Assembly (NCBI GenBank): GCA_964572485.1
Contig: CAZNGA010000004.1
Location: 3,196 to 67,195 of the forward strand
DNA: 64,000 nt
Reading direction: 5' to 3'
Origin: an uncultured Chitinophagales bacterium
Lineage (GTDB): Bacteria > Bacteroidota > Bacteroidia > Chitinophagales > CAZNGA01
Part shown: positions 1 through 10,083 of the stretch, in pieces
How positions within the stretch are numbered: the first letter of the stretch is position 1
Layout of the letters: each line of letters starts with the position of its first letter
Notes under the pieces: model-generated
The model's database searches: none
What the model saw: the letters and a program-made list of their open reading frames with translations, nothing else
Told to the model about the DNA's origin: nothing
Made by a program: the position numbers and the translations under genes

Positions 1-569
1 AGTTTTACAGGATTCTTGAAATCTCCTGAAGGCGGAACAAACACGATCTCACCCTTGGGAAGTTCTGTTTTTTCAGATTCCCAGCGGTATTGATCTGCAT
101 TCACATTATCCAGCGCCTTTTGAAGGGCAGTTGCTTCAGCAATTGTCGGAACAACTCCTTCAGGGGGATCGCTGATTAGCATACCATTCATTGAATGTAT
201 GGCCCCATCAATATTGTGGGTGATGAACATCGTGAACTCGATAGGGATATTCCTAAAGGTCTGCTGAAATCGATAATGTATATATCCGAGATGATCCCTT
301 TCCGTTCCGGCAGGTATCAACCCGAATAAAGGATCCAAATGAAAGGTAGCTATCAGCCAAGAGGAAAGATCTTCGCCTTGTAATTTGCTCCCTCTGTTGA
401 ATTGTATATAGGATGGGATGGTGCTGTTCTTTCCTTCACGTACTATGGTTGTGCCAGGATATTTCTCTTGCGCTTCAACTCCCCTGAGCACCTTTGGTGA
501 TAATTTTTCTTGTGAGAAAGAAACCAAAGGAAAAATAAGTGATAAGCATACGACCAAATATTGTTTCAT
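1..569 (-). CDS. Thermolysin-like (M4) metalloprotease, N-terminal part only (signal peptide + FTP/PepSY-type propeptide); the rest lies outside the window
   Basis: Own minus-strand translation from the ATG at 567-569: MKQYLVVCLSLIFPLVSFSQEKLSPKVLRG...TIPSYIQFNRG...HYRFQQTFRNIPIEFTMFITHNIDGAIHSMNG...TIAEATALQKAL. It has a hydrophobic signal peptide and the hxRfqQt..gipv...vh....G.i.s.nG pattern of the fungalysin/thermolysin propeptide. It is open to base 1, so it is absent from the ORF track. The catalytic domain is not visible. Confidence 0.55.
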   Translation of the reverse strand, partial: MKQYLVVCLSLIFPLVSFSQEKLSPKVLRGVEAQEKYPGTTIVREGKNSTIPSYIQFNRGSKLQGEDLSSWLIATFHLDPLFGLIPAGTERDHLGYIHYRFQQTFRNIPIEFTMFITHNIDGAIHSMNGMLISDPPEGVVPTIAEATALQKALDNVNADQYRWESEKTELPKGEIVFVPPSGDFKNPVK

Positions 570-699
570 TATTCCTGACGTGTTTTGAGGTGAAAGATAC
601 GGCATTTCAGGCACCAATCCAAAGGTGCGCATAGAAAGTATTCTAACGATGATAGGCATCAGCAAGTGTTTTTAGGTCAAATAAAGATCCTATCCTACA

Positions 700-3018
700 T
701 CATTTTATAAGCATCAACTTTTTTGTTTGCGTAAGCAAATGCACTTGTTTTCCATTCATTAAGCTTGCAGAGATGCGGTACAGATAAATTCCGCCCTCCA
801 CCCCTTCAGGTGACCATTCACATTGATACGCACCAGCAATTAATCTTTCGTTCACTAATGTGGTGACCTCCCTGCCCATCATATCATAGATCTTTATGGT
901 AACATCGCTTGTAGAAGGTAATACAAACCGGATGGATGTCGCGGAACTGAACGGATTGGGGTAGTTTTGTGCTAGTGTGTTGATACCAGGAATTGATAAT
1001 GTTCTTTTTGGTCCAATTCCGGTAATATTGCTTCCAATTGTATGCAGGATAGTTCCACCTTCTCCTACAATCCAACCCTTATCAGGATTTTCGAAATGTA
1101 CATCCATTAATATATTGGAAGTGCGTTTCTGTTGGATCCAGGTCGTTCCTCCATCTGTTGTAAACACTATATTCCCGTACCCACCTATAGCACACACATA
1201 ATTTTCATCAATACTATAAATGTCTGCCCAATTGGTTGAAGCTAAAGTAGGGAGCGTTTGTTTGACAAATGAACCTGCAACAGTGGATTTATAGATCTCA
1301 TTAGAGCCAGCCGCAAGCCAAATCGCTTTGCGTGGAAGGATATATACATCATTTATAGATTTCAAAGTAGGCGAGGTAACAGCAGTCCACGTAACACCCA
1401 TATCCTTTGACATCAGAAATGTCCCTGAATCACCTGTTATAAAACCTATGTATCCGGTATCAGCTGGCAGAGCAGATGTTAGGTTTGTATCAAAGTAAAC
1501 GGAGTATAATTCCTCTAAAGTACCAGTGTTTCTTTTCGTCCAGGCGTTGCCACCATTTGAAGTGGTATAAACCATACCGGAATCTCCTACAGCTATGCCA
1601 CTTGATGCGTCATGAAAAAATACACTCCACATTTTTCCTTTGAAATTAAACATATCCTGCGAAGTCCATGAGGCTCCGCCATCAGTCGTTTTTGCTACTA
1701 TTGCTTTATTGCCGCTGGAACCAACAGCAAATCCATTGGTCGCAGTTGGATAATGGACGGCCTGGAAGGTAGCATTGGATTTGGTATAACTTAAATTCCA
1801 ATTTGATCCGCCATCAGTAGTAGTGTAAATCTTCCCATCTGACCAGCCCCCCGGTCCTGTTGCAGAATCACCAACAGCTGTACCGTTAAGTGTATCGGTA
1901 AACCAGACAGAAAATAATTTCGGTTTCAAAGCATTGTCCAAATGATTCCAATTCACACCCTGGTCAGAGGTTTTCATAATTTTACCCTTTTCACCAACCG
2001 CATACCCGTAATTATTATCTACCATTTGGATATGGCGAATGGTTTTGGTATTCTGAAAATCTGTCATAATAGTTGTCCAGGAGTAACCGCCATCAGTGGA
2101 TCTTTTTGTCTCACCATGCTCCCCTGCTACAAAACCTATGCTGGAGCCTGAGAAATTCACCGCATATAATTCTTTTTTTCCTACACCTCCTACAGCAATA
2201 GTGATCCATACACTACCCTGATTTTTTGTCTTAATGATCACTCCATTATATCCCACTGCCCAGGCAACACTATCAAAAGCAAATACCGCATTCAATCCAT
2301 AAACTGTAGGAATTACTTCAGGAGTCCATGTAACGCCTCCGTCTATTGTTTTGTAAATCGCTGCAGCTGAAAATCCACCAACTGTAAAATAGCCGGTGTC
2401 TGCATTCGCAAAGTGAGCACCGGTGATCTGTTCTGTAATACCAATAGTGGATAATGTCCATGTAACACCTCCATCTATGGTCTTTACCAATTCACTCCCT
2501 GAAGCTGCATAAGGTGTGAATGCATAACCAACCATATCATCAACAAAACAGAGTGAACCGAGTAAATTTGTGGTATTACTTTGTATTTCAGTCCAGGTAC
2601 TACCACCATCTGTGGTCCTGAATATCTTACCTGATTCACCGACCGCAACAGCTGTAGTGGTTGAAAGACATGCAACTCCCCAAAAGTGATATCTACCGCT
2701 TATATCCTGGAGTGCCCATGTAGTACCGCCATTAGTGGTGTGCAATAAAGCCCCTGCTAATCCCGCGGCCCAACCATTATTCTCGTCACAAAAACTTACA
2801 CTTCTCAAATCATTTCCCTGAGGTAATGGATTTTGAAACTCCCAATCGATCTGTGAAAAAGAGGTAAGCACTGTTAATGAGGTAAACAATACACATAAAA
2901 CCACTTTCGATACTGCACTACTCAATTTATTGTTCAAAAAAATTGTATTCCCGGCAGCTTGATCATAGATATCTCTTCTTTCGCCTACCATATAGGATTT
3001 AAAATTTATCTTTTTCAT
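700..3018 (-). CDS. Secreted BNR/Asp-box repeat protein, probably a double beta-propeller (GH74/sortilin/Ycf48-like), with a T9SS type-A C-terminal sorting domain
   Basis: About 12 copies of the S/T-x-D-G-G-x-T/S-W Asp-box (TTDGGSTW, TIDGGVTW, STDGGYSW, TTDGGSNW, TTDGGASW, TTDGGTTW...) spread over about 650 aa. N-terminal hydrophobic signal (VVLCVLFTSLTVLTSFSQ). C-terminal NYPNPFSSATSIRFVLP...GGIYLYRISA matches the TIGR04183-type CTD. Confidence 0.75.
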   Translation of the reverse strand: MKKINFKSYMVGERRDIYDQAAGNTIFLNNKLSSAVSKVVLCVLFTSLTVLTSFSQIDWEFQNPLPQGNDLRSVSFCDENNGWAAGLAGALLHTTNGGTTWALQDISGRYHFWGVACLSTTTAVAVGESGKIFRTTDGGSTWTEIQSNTTNLLGSLCFVDDMVGYAFTPYAASGSELVKTIDGGVTWTLSTIGITEQITGAHFANADTGYFTVGGFSAAAIYKTIDGGVTWTPEVIPTVYGLNAVFAFDSVAWAVGYNGVIIKTKNQGSVWITIAVGGVGKKELYAVNFSGSSIGFVAGEHGETKRSTDGGYSWTTIMTDFQNTKTIRHIQMVDNNYGYAVGEKGKIMKTSDQGVNWNHLDNALKPKLFSVWFTDTLNGTAVGDSATGPGGWSDGKIYTTTDGGSNWNLSYTKSNATFQAVHYPTATNGFAVGSSGNKAIVAKTTDGGASWTSQDMFNFKGKMWSVFFHDASSGIAVGDSGMVYTTSNGGNAWTKRNTGTLEELYSVYFDTNLTSALPADTGYIGFITGDSGTFLMSKDMGVTWTAVTSPTLKSINDVYILPRKAIWLAAGSNEIYKSTVAGSFVKQTLPTLASTNWADIYSIDENYVCAIGGYGNIVFTTDGGTTWIQQKRTSNILMDVHFENPDKGWIVGEGGTILHTIGSNITGIGPKRTLSIPGINTLAQNYPNPFSSATSIRFVLPSTSDVTIKIYDMMGREVTTLVNERLIAGAYQCEWSPEGVEGGIYLYRISASLMNGKQVHLLTQTKKLMLIK

Positions 3019-3245
3019 ATTTGATTGATATATTGGATTTCTGAATTTTATATACGAGGTGTCTTCATTTAATCAGCAAATTAGAATATGATCCTTTGAT
3101 TCAAATCGCTCCAGTGATCGAGAAACTAAAGTGGAATAAAGAGCTAAATAATTGGTAACAGTTTGTTTCTTGATTCCTTTCCAATTTCGACTACGAAAGA
3201 TACGCCATTTTATACACCCATCCAAGGGAGTATTAATCCCCAATG

Positions 3246-4364
3246 TTACCCGCTCACTTTTCTGTACTGTGAAATTGCAATTGATAATACAGCTATTCCT
3301 GAGGCTCCCATAATTATAAGATGCTTTTGTATATCTACCAGCTGTGATCCCTTTAATAATACCATCCTCATTACTTCAACAAAATAAGCAACGGGATTAA
3401 ATTTAGTAATGATCTGTGCCCAGGAAGGCATACTCTCAATAGGTGTAAACAAACCACTCATCAGTATGAATATTACCATGAAGAACCAGGAGATGAACAT
3501 TGCCTGTTGTTGCGTATCTGTAACTGTCGATACCAGTAATCCAAAAGCTAATACTACCAACAGATAAACTCCTGCAAATAAGAAGATAAGCCAAATAGAT
3601 CCGACTATTGGGATGTCAAAAACTAATTTGGCGATCAACAGACCGAAAGCTAACTCAAAGAGGGCAATCATCCAAAATGGCAGTAATTTTCCTATAATGA
3701 AATGAATCTTTCTAATTGGCGTCACATTTATCTGTTCTATAGTGCCTGTCTCCTTCTCCCTAACAATATTCATTCCGGTAAGTAGCATCCCTATCATGGT
3801 TACCAACATGACAAGTATTCCCGGTACCATAAAGGTTTTGTAATTCATTTCTGGATTGAACCAAAAGGAATAATTGATATTATAAGCTGCTGGTCCAAAG
3901 GTTTTTTCATTGATCCATTCACCCATAATTTGTGTATTAAAATCTTTAAGTATTGAACTTGCATAAACAAATGTCAATCCTGCGGCATTGCCATTGATCG
4001 CATTTATTATGAATTGCACTTTTGCCTTATTTTCATTGATCAGGTCACCTTCAAAGTTGGCAGGTATTTTCACAACAAGGTTCACCTTATCTTTTAGAAA
4101 ATCATCTTCTGCAATTTTGTGCGAAAAGGAAAAGTTCGCTAATTCAAAATGATCTGATCCCTGGAATTTATTGATCAACAACCTTGAGAAGGGACTCTGA
4201 TCAAGATCAATTACATGTACTTTCAGGTTTTTGATCTCAAAACTTGCAGCATGTGCGAGGATCAAAAGTTGTATGATAGGCGCAATGACCAAAATGGGCA
4301 ACATGGCTTTGTTACGTACTATTTGCAGAAATTCTTTTTTCAATAAAAATTGGATCGTTCTCAT
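3246..4364 (-). CDS. ABC-2 type transporter permease (YbhR/YhhJ-like)
   Basis: One N-terminal TM segment, a large periplasmic loop, then five TM segments. Typical ABC2_membrane_3 layout. Last gene of the efflux operon. Confidence 0.85.
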   Translation of the reverse strand: MRTIQFLLKKEFLQIVRNKAMLPILVIAPIIQLLILAHAASFEIKNLKVHVIDLDQSPFSRLLINKFQGSDHFELANFSFSHKIAEDDFLKDKVNLVVKIPANFEGDLINENKAKVQFIINAINGNAAGLTFVYASSILKDFNTQIMGEWINEKTFGPAAYNINYSFWFNPEMNYKTFMVPGILVMLVTMIGMLLTGMNIVREKETGTIEQINVTPIRKIHFIIGKLLPFWMIALFELAFGLLIAKLVFDIPIVGSIWLIFLFAGVYLLVVLAFGLLVSTVTDTQQQAMFISWFFMVIFILMSGLFTPIESMPSWAQIITKFNPVAYFVEVMRMVLLKGSQLVDIQKHLIIMGASGIAVLSIAISQYRKVSG

Positions 4365-4365
4365 C

Positions 4366-5472
4366 TTATTCTAATCTGAATTTGAACTTTTTAACACTCA
4401 CGCTTATAAAAATAATCGTCATTATGATCAGGATCAACGTCTCTTTCCATATAAATTGCATGCCCGTGCCCTTCAACATGATATCTTTGATGATCGTGAT
4501 GAACCATCTTGCCGGAATGATATTACTGAGTACCTGCAGCACTTTTGGCATACTCTCTATCGGGAAAATAAAACCTGATAGCATGATCGTAGGCAGCATC
4601 AATCCTAATAATGAAACGATCATAGCCGTTTGCTGTGTAGTGGCAATAGTGGAAATCAGTATCCCTAGCGACAAAGCAGTAATGATAAATAGAATACACT
4701 CTGCCATGAGCAAAATTAAGCTACCATATATCGGCATCCCAAATACAAATCTCCCCAACAATAGAATGACAGTCGCATTTAAAATAGATAATCCAAGAAA
4801 AACAAGTACTTTACCTACAATGATCTGAAATGGCTTGATCGGGGAGACCATCAATATTTCCATGGTACCCAATTCCTTCTCCCGTGCAATAGATATAGAG
4901 GTCATCATAGCGGAGACCAACATCAATATAATGGTGATCACACCGGGAACAAACATAAATATTCCCTTCAGCTCAGGATTGAACATCATCTTAACTTCAG
5001 GAATAATGATCATCGGGACCTTTTGCAAATTTGCCATTTCCAACTGATAATCAACAATTATTGATGAAGCGAAATTCACCAGGATATTTGCTGTATTTGG
5101 ATCGGTTGCATCAGCAAGGAGCTGGATATTTGCGCTATTATCTTTTTGGAGTTTTTTGGCAAAGTTGTTTTCAAATACGATCACAAGTTTTATGATCCCT
5201 TTGTTAAAGGCCTTTTCAACTTCTTTGTCATTGGTAATGTTTTCAGCTGATTGAAAGTAGTCAGACGATAGTATCTTGTTGCTTATCTTGCGGGTGACCT
5301 CATCTTTGGAGTGATCAAGGATCGCTATCTTGGCATCTTTGATCTCTGTAGTGATCGCAAAGCCAAAGAGCAATACCTGGATAATAGGCATACCAAAAAG
5401 GATAAGCAATGTGCGCTTATCACGAAAAATGTGATAAAACTCTTTTTCCACAAATCCGAGGAATGCTTTCAT
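4366..5472 (-). CDS. ABC-2 type transporter permease (YbhS-like)
   Basis: Same architecture as the neighbouring permease. One-nt gap to the next gene and a 4-nt overlap with the upstream ATPase. Confidence 0.85.
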   Translation of the reverse strand: MKAFLGFVEKEFYHIFRDKRTLLILFGMPIIQVLLFGFAITTEIKDAKIAILDHSKDEVTRKISNKILSSDYFQSAENITNDKEVEKAFNKGIIKLVIVFENNFAKKLQKDNSANIQLLADATDPNTANILVNFASSIIVDYQLEMANLQKVPMIIIPEVKMMFNPELKGIFMFVPGVITIILMLVSAMMTSISIAREKELGTMEILMVSPIKPFQIIVGKVLVFLGLSILNATVILLLGRFVFGMPIYGSLILLMAECILFIITALSLGILISTIATTQQTAMIVSLLGLMLPTIMLSGFIFPIESMPKVLQVLSNIIPARWFITIIKDIMLKGTGMQFIWKETLILIIMTIIFISVSVKKFKFRLE

Positions 5473-6200
5473 ATTACAGGATTCCTTTTTGCAATTTTTA
5501 TAAATACATCCTCAACCGTATCCACATCATATTTTACCTTTAGGGAATGAGGATTGCCCTGTTCTTCTATGATCCCGTCAACCATCATAGATACTCTGTT
5601 GCAATATTCTGCTTCTTCCATATTGTGTGTTGTTACAAATATGGTGACACCCTCATCTGAGGCCTGATAAATAAGATCCCAAAACTGTCTTCTTGTAATT
5701 GGATCTACCCCACTTGTTGGCTCATCTAAAAAGACAATCTTTGGATCATGAATAATGGAGACTGAGAAGGCCAATTTTTGTTTCCATCCCAATGGCAATG
5801 AGCTGATCAATTCATGCTGAGCATCCATAAAATTCAAGCTGTCAAGTAATTCTCCTGTTCTTGCTTGTATCTGATGATTCGACATTCCATATATTCCCGC
5901 AAAGAATTGAATATTTTCTCTTACAGTAAGGTCCTCATATAGTGAGAATCGCTGACTCATGTATCCTATATTTCTTTTGATCTGCTCTGATTGGGTATAC
6001 ACATCAAAGCCGGCAACCGTTGCGTTTCCTGAAGTAGGTTTCAAGAGGCCTGTAAGCATTTTAATGGCCGTTGTTTTCCCTGCACCATTTGCCCCAAGGA
6101 ACCCCAATATCTCCCCCTCCCCTATAGTAAATGAGATTGAGTTCACAGCGGTGAAAGCGCCGAATTTTTTAGTAAGTCTTTCTACATTGATTACTTCCAT
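5469..6200 (-). CDS. ABC transporter ATP-binding protein
   Basis: Walker A GANGAGKTT, signature LSLGWKQKL-type, Walker B IVFLDEPTSGVD. Confidence 0.9.
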   Translation of the reverse strand: MEVINVERLTKKFGAFTAVNSISFTIGEGEILGFLGANGAGKTTAIKMLTGLLKPTSGNATVAGFDVYTQSEQIKRNIGYMSQRFSLYEDLTVRENIQFFAGIYGMSNHQIQARTGELLDSLNFMDAQHELISSLPLGWKQKLAFSVSIIHDPKIVFLDEPTSGVDPITRRQFWDLIYQASDEGVTIFVTTHNMEEAEYCNRVSMMVDGIIEEQGNPHSLKVKYDVDTVEDVFIKIAKRNPVI

Positions 6201-6201
6201 A

Positions 6202-7116
6202 TTAATGCTCCTTGTCCATCAAAGCCATAAAGCAATCCTCAATATTGGGCTGTAGTGATTTGGAATGCACATTTTTATGTTCTTTTTCTTCCAGGTATAT
6301 TAAGATATCCTCAACAGAAAAATCCTCTCTTTTATCTGTATAGTGTAAATATTCCCCAAAGGGATATACACTATTCATAAATTCAAATTTTTCAAGATCC
6401 TTCAAAAGCTTGTGGGTGTTCTTTGCTTTAATACCTAAAATTTCCTTATCAAACTGAGCAACAATATTTTCAGTACTGTTTATCTTCAATATCTTTCCAC
6501 TTTGCATGAGCCCTACCCTATCACATTTAGATGCTTCATCCATATATGGCGTAGACACCAAGATCGTGATCCCCTTTTCCTTTAACCTTCTAAGCATTTC
6601 CCAGAAATCTTTTCTGGCTATTGCATCAACACCGGTGGTGGGTTCATCCAGGAAGAGCACCTTTGGTTTGTGGATCAGGGCACAGCACAAGGCAAGCTTT
6701 TGTTTCATCCCTCCCGATAGTTTGCCTGCTTTCCTGTTATTGAATGGTTCCAGTTGCACATAAATATCCTTGATCAGATTGTAGTTCTCTTTGATGGTAG
6801 TCCTGAAAATGGTAGCAAAGAATTTCAGATTTTCTTCAACACTTAAGTCCTGGTACAGTGAAAATCTTCCCGGCATATACCCTACCCCACTCCTTATCTT
6901 TTTATAATCCTTCACTACATCCCACCCATTTATGGTAGCTATCCCTTTGTCGGCAAGCATAACTGTACACAGCACCCTCATTAAGGTCGTTTTACCTGCA
7001 CCATCAGGCCCGATCAAGCCGAATAGCTCACCTTTGTCAACTTCAAATGATATATCATTCAAAGCTGCCGTTGCTTCAAAAGATTTAGAGATGCTATTTA
7101 CGATTATTGAGTTCAT
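6202..7116 (-). CDS. ABC transporter ATP-binding protein (second ATPase; the two together resemble a split YbhF)
   Basis: Walker A GPDGAGKTT, signature LSGGMKQKL, Walker B VLFLDEPTTGVD. Confidence 0.9.
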   Translation of the reverse strand: MNSIIVNSISKSFEATAALNDISFEVDKGELFGLIGPDGAGKTTLMRVLCTVMLADKGIATINGWDVVKDYKKIRSGVGYMPGRFSLYQDLSVEENLKFFATIFRTTIKENYNLIKDIYVQLEPFNNRKAGKLSGGMKQKLALCCALIHKPKVLFLDEPTTGVDAIARKDFWEMLRRLKEKGITILVSTPYMDEASKCDRVGLMQSGKILKINSTENIVAQFDKEILGIKAKNTHKLLKDLEKFEFMNSVYPFGEYLHYTDKREDFSVEDILIYLEEKEHKNVHSKSLQPNIEDCFMALMDKEH

Positions 7117-7126
7117 ATTTACCTTC

Positions 7127-8008
7127 CTAAAAATTTACTTCTCCCGGCATGCCAATTTTTAAGGATCCATCATTGATCACGATCACCTTTACTGCATAGA
7201 CCAGTTTTACTCTTTCTTCTTTCGTTTGAATGGTCTTAGGTGTAAATTCTGCTTTTTCAGAGATCCAACTTATAGTGCCCTTCATTTCCCGGTTTGTCTT
7301 TTCCTGATCATCAATAACAACCCGGACCTCCTGGCCAATTTTTATATTTGGTAATTGGCTGCCACTCACATATACCCTTAATATCATCGTCTCCATATCC
7401 GCAATTTTGTATAGGGGCCTTCCAAAAGATGTTACCTCCATAGCATCCGCATACTTTACAAGAACAGTGCCATCGATGGGATTGAGGATGCAGCTTTTCT
7501 TCAATTGATCCTCGACTTGTTCTATTTGAACATCAATGGACTTTAATTGATTGATTATTGGTGCATTTTGAGTCTCAATGGACTTAATTTGCTGCTCTAA
7601 AATATTCAGTTTTCCAATGAGGTCATCTAATTGCTTTTGGGTTCCTGCATTATCTTTCAGTAAGTTTTCAACTCTAATCTTCTCTATATTAAGCGTTTTC
7701 TTTTGCTCTTTAAGAATATCTATTTGGGCAGTTATATTGCTTGTTTTAGAAGCTATTACTGCCCTTGAAGCGATCAGCTGTTGCTTTTTAAGATAAATTT
7801 GTGTCGTATCAATGATGCCTACGATCATATTTTTAGCAATATTTTGACCCTCTGTAATATTCAGATCAATTATTTTTCCATTACCTTCCGCCGAAACCAT
7901 TATTTCTGTGGCCTCGAAGTTGCCATAAGCATCTGATAGCTCATCATTATTCATGCATGATGAAAAGAGGGTAATAATAATCGTAAATTGACAAATCAGG
8001 ATTTTCAT
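7127..8008 (-). CDS. HlyD-family membrane-fusion/periplasmic adaptor lipoprotein (YbhG-like)
   Basis: Lipobox-like LFSSC, a long coiled-coil centre (Q/L/K/E-rich), and flanking beta-barrel segments. Sits between TolC and the ABC genes. Confidence 0.8.
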   Translation of the reverse strand: MKILICQFTIIITLFSSCMNNDELSDAYGNFEATEIMVSAEGNGKIIDLNITEGQNIAKNMIVGIIDTTQIYLKKQQLIASRAVIASKTSNITAQIDILKEQKKTLNIEKIRVENLLKDNAGTQKQLDDLIGKLNILEQQIKSIETQNAPIINQLKSIDVQIEQVEDQLKKSCILNPIDGTVLVKYADAMEVTSFGRPLYKIADMETMILRVYVSGSQLPNIKIGQEVRVVIDDQEKTNREMKGTISWISEKAEFTPKTIQTKEERVKLVYAVKVIVINDGSLKIGMPGEVNF

Positions 8009-8019
8009 AACTATTTATT

Positions 8020-9285
8020 TTAATTTCCTTGAATGGTTAATAAGTTGGCCTGAGCCTGCAGTAATTGAATTTCATGTATTTTGATATTTAGCTTTGATTG
8101 GCTCTCCGCATATAATTCCGTCATGTATTCTGTAGATGTTATGACGCCAAGATCTAACCTCGTTGAGGCATTTTCTTTAATCTTGGTTCGAAGTGCGATG
8201 GCTTCTTTGTCTTTTGCAATCAGCTTGTTTAGCTTTTCAATTTCAGCTACCTCTTTTATCATAGATAGATTAGTGTTTAGTTGGAAGGCCTCCCTTTGCT
8301 TCTGAATAATATCTTTTCCAATTGAGGTTGCCTGCTTTTCATACTTGATGGCATTCCAGTTTAGGATGTTATAGGTAAAACGTATTCCGCCTATATAATA
8401 TGGCTGGAAGGTATTATCGAGCATATTCAATCCCGGGCGACCATAACCACCTTGTGCGAATCCATATAATTTTGGTGCTCTATTTGAATTTGCGATCTTA
8501 ATTCTGGCATCAATATTCTTTTCCTGATGCTCAAAGAGGATCAATTCAGGGCGATACTCAATTTTAATAGTTTGAGATAGATTTACCTTTGGGATAATAA
8601 AAATGGTCTGCTCAGATAGCGGTGTTCCGATGAGTTTGGCTAACATTTCAGTAAAAGCTTTCTTATCGGAATTGATCTCAATCTCTTTTTGATCCAATTT
8701 GATGAGTTCAGCTTTCAAAATATCTCCATTAGTTGCCAGAACAACACCATTTCTTATCCCTGATTCAATACTCTTCAATTTGCTATTGATGTCTTCTTTC
8801 AGAAGGGTGATCAATACTTCATTTTCCTGAAAAAGTAGGATGCTAAAATAAAGCTGATTCACCCTATCTCTTAATTGATATAGTGCTACTTCCAGTTTCT
8901 GCTGCTCAACCTGAAGAGTTGTTTGGTTGATATTCTTTTGGTTTGCAGTCATCCCTCCATCGTAGATCATCTGTCTGGCATCAATGGTCGCTCTGTATTG
9001 GTCCTTTGACAGAGATGCGATTTTCATCCCCGGTACGAATTCAGGTATGGAAATTACTTCTGACTGATAGGTAGCTTGTAAGCCAAGATCCAATTTGGGT
9101 AGGTAATTGGCATCCAATTGTTTTGAGATAAGGGCAGCTGCTTCAGCAAGTATCTCTTTTTGGGCAGTAAGTGGATAATTCGATTTTGCGAGTGACTGGC
9201 ACTTATCCAGCGTTAGCTCCTGCTCAGATTGTCCGAAGACTGAATGAGCAATGAGGAATGCTGTCAGAATAATTGATCGTTTCAT
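8020..9285 (-). CDS. TolC-family outer-membrane efflux protein
   Basis: Signal peptide, two tandem coiled-coil/beta repeats, about 420 aa. Operon context with HlyD and ABC genes. Confidence 0.85.
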   Translation of the reverse strand: MKRSIILTAFLIAHSVFGQSEQELTLDKCQSLAKSNYPLTAQKEILAEAAALISKQLDANYLPKLDLGLQATYQSEVISIPEFVPGMKIASLSKDQYRATIDARQMIYDGGMTANQKNINQTTLQVEQQKLEVALYQLRDRVNQLYFSILLFQENEVLITLLKEDINSKLKSIESGIRNGVVLATNGDILKAELIKLDQKEIEINSDKKAFTEMLAKLIGTPLSEQTIFIIPKVNLSQTIKIEYRPELILFEHQEKNIDARIKIANSNRAPKLYGFAQGGYGRPGLNMLDNTFQPYYIGGIRFTYNILNWNAIKYEKQATSIGKDIIQKQREAFQLNTNLSMIKEVAEIEKLNKLIAKDKEAIALRTKIKENASTRLDLGVITSTEYMTELYAESQSKLNIKIHEIQLLQAQANLLTIQGN

Positions 9286-9315
9286 AATTGATAGAATTAT
9301 ATATTGAACTATTTT

Positions 9316-9915
9316 CTATGGCTTAATTGAATTAATAATAAATCGGGCAACTTCAGTTTTCCGTTCATTGATGAATTTGTCATATTTTTTGTCCTCTATA
9401 TCAAGGATCGTCTGGAACATAGGTTTAGCGATAAATGGAAAAATACACATGGATATCATGTTCACCAGCAATTGAGTGGGCTCTGTAGATCTTAAAGTGC
9501 CCTTTTCTACTTCCTCTTTAATTTGTTGTATAAACTTAGATGGATTGGGCTTACCCTTCCTTACAATAAAATGCTTTATGAATTTCTCCGGATTCTGATT
9601 CAATTCATGGATAACAAATGAGGGGACCAGGGGATTTTGAGAGATGATGGTAATATATTTTTCTGTAAAACTTTCAATTTTCTGAAAGAGATCCATATCT
9701 GCATTGAATATTTCATTGATAATGGGGATCATTTCCATGAAAGATTCCATAAAAACGGCACTGAATATTTTCTCCTTCGTTCTAAAGTAATAGTGAAGGA
9801 GCCCTTTGTTAATACCGGCAGAGTCAGCTATTTCGCGCATTCTGGCACCAGCAAATCCTTTTTTCTGAAAGACCTTCTTGGCTGCTTTGAGTATTTTTTG
9901 CTCCGGTGATTTCAT
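9316..9915 (-). CDS. TetR/AcrR-family transcriptional regulator
   Basis: HTH region KILKAAKKVFQKKGFAGARMREIADSAGINKGLLHYYFRTKEKIF. The start is moved to the ATG at 9913-9915 (MKSPEQ...). The track ORF (to 10002) would run through the promoter and operator found at 9924-9954. Confidence 0.85.
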   Translation of the reverse strand: MKSPEQKILKAAKKVFQKKGFAGARMREIADSAGINKGLLHYYFRTKEKIFSAVFMESFMEMIPIINEIFNADMDLFQKIESFTEKYITIISQNPLVPSFVIHELNQNPEKFIKHFIVRKGKPNPSKFIQQIKEEVEKGTLRSTEPTQLLVNMISMCIFPFIAKPMFQTILDIEDKKYDKFINERKTEVARFIINSIKP

Positions 9916-9923
9916 ATGAAATA

Positions 9924-9954
9924 CAAATTTACCCATTTGGGTAAATATATACAA
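9924..9954 (-). promoter_or_regulatory. Bacteroidota-type promoter TTG-N20-TAAATTTG for the tetR/efflux operon
   Basis: Minus strand: TTG at 9954-9952 and TAaaTTTG at 9931-9924, an exact match to the TAnnTTTG -7 consensus. Only 8 nt separate the box from the ATG, implying a very short leader. Confidence 0.4.
9927..9946. promoter_or_regulatory. Candidate TetR operator: perfect 9-2-9 inverted repeat ATTTACCCA-TT-TGGGTAAAT
   Basis: Read directly. Lies 12 nt upstream of the tetR ATG, between the -33 and -7 elements. Flanked by a perfect 10-nt direct repeat ATACAAATTT (9921-9930 and 9949-9958). Confidence 0.5.
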
Positions 9955-10083
9955 ATTTCTCCTTAACTTTCTGATATAAAGTTGCGGAAAGTGTAGGTTC
10001 AATTAGTGAGCCGAGCGCAGGAATAATTTAAAATAATGAATATTATCTCTTGAATAGCCACCTGCTGCTGAGGAGGGTATGGA

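Noticed and set aside
4382-4828. 148-aa plus-strand ORF inside the ABC-2 permease gene
   Set aside because: It is antisense to a well-supported permease. Hydrophobic-codon mirror effects (I/M/N-rich) explain the open frame.
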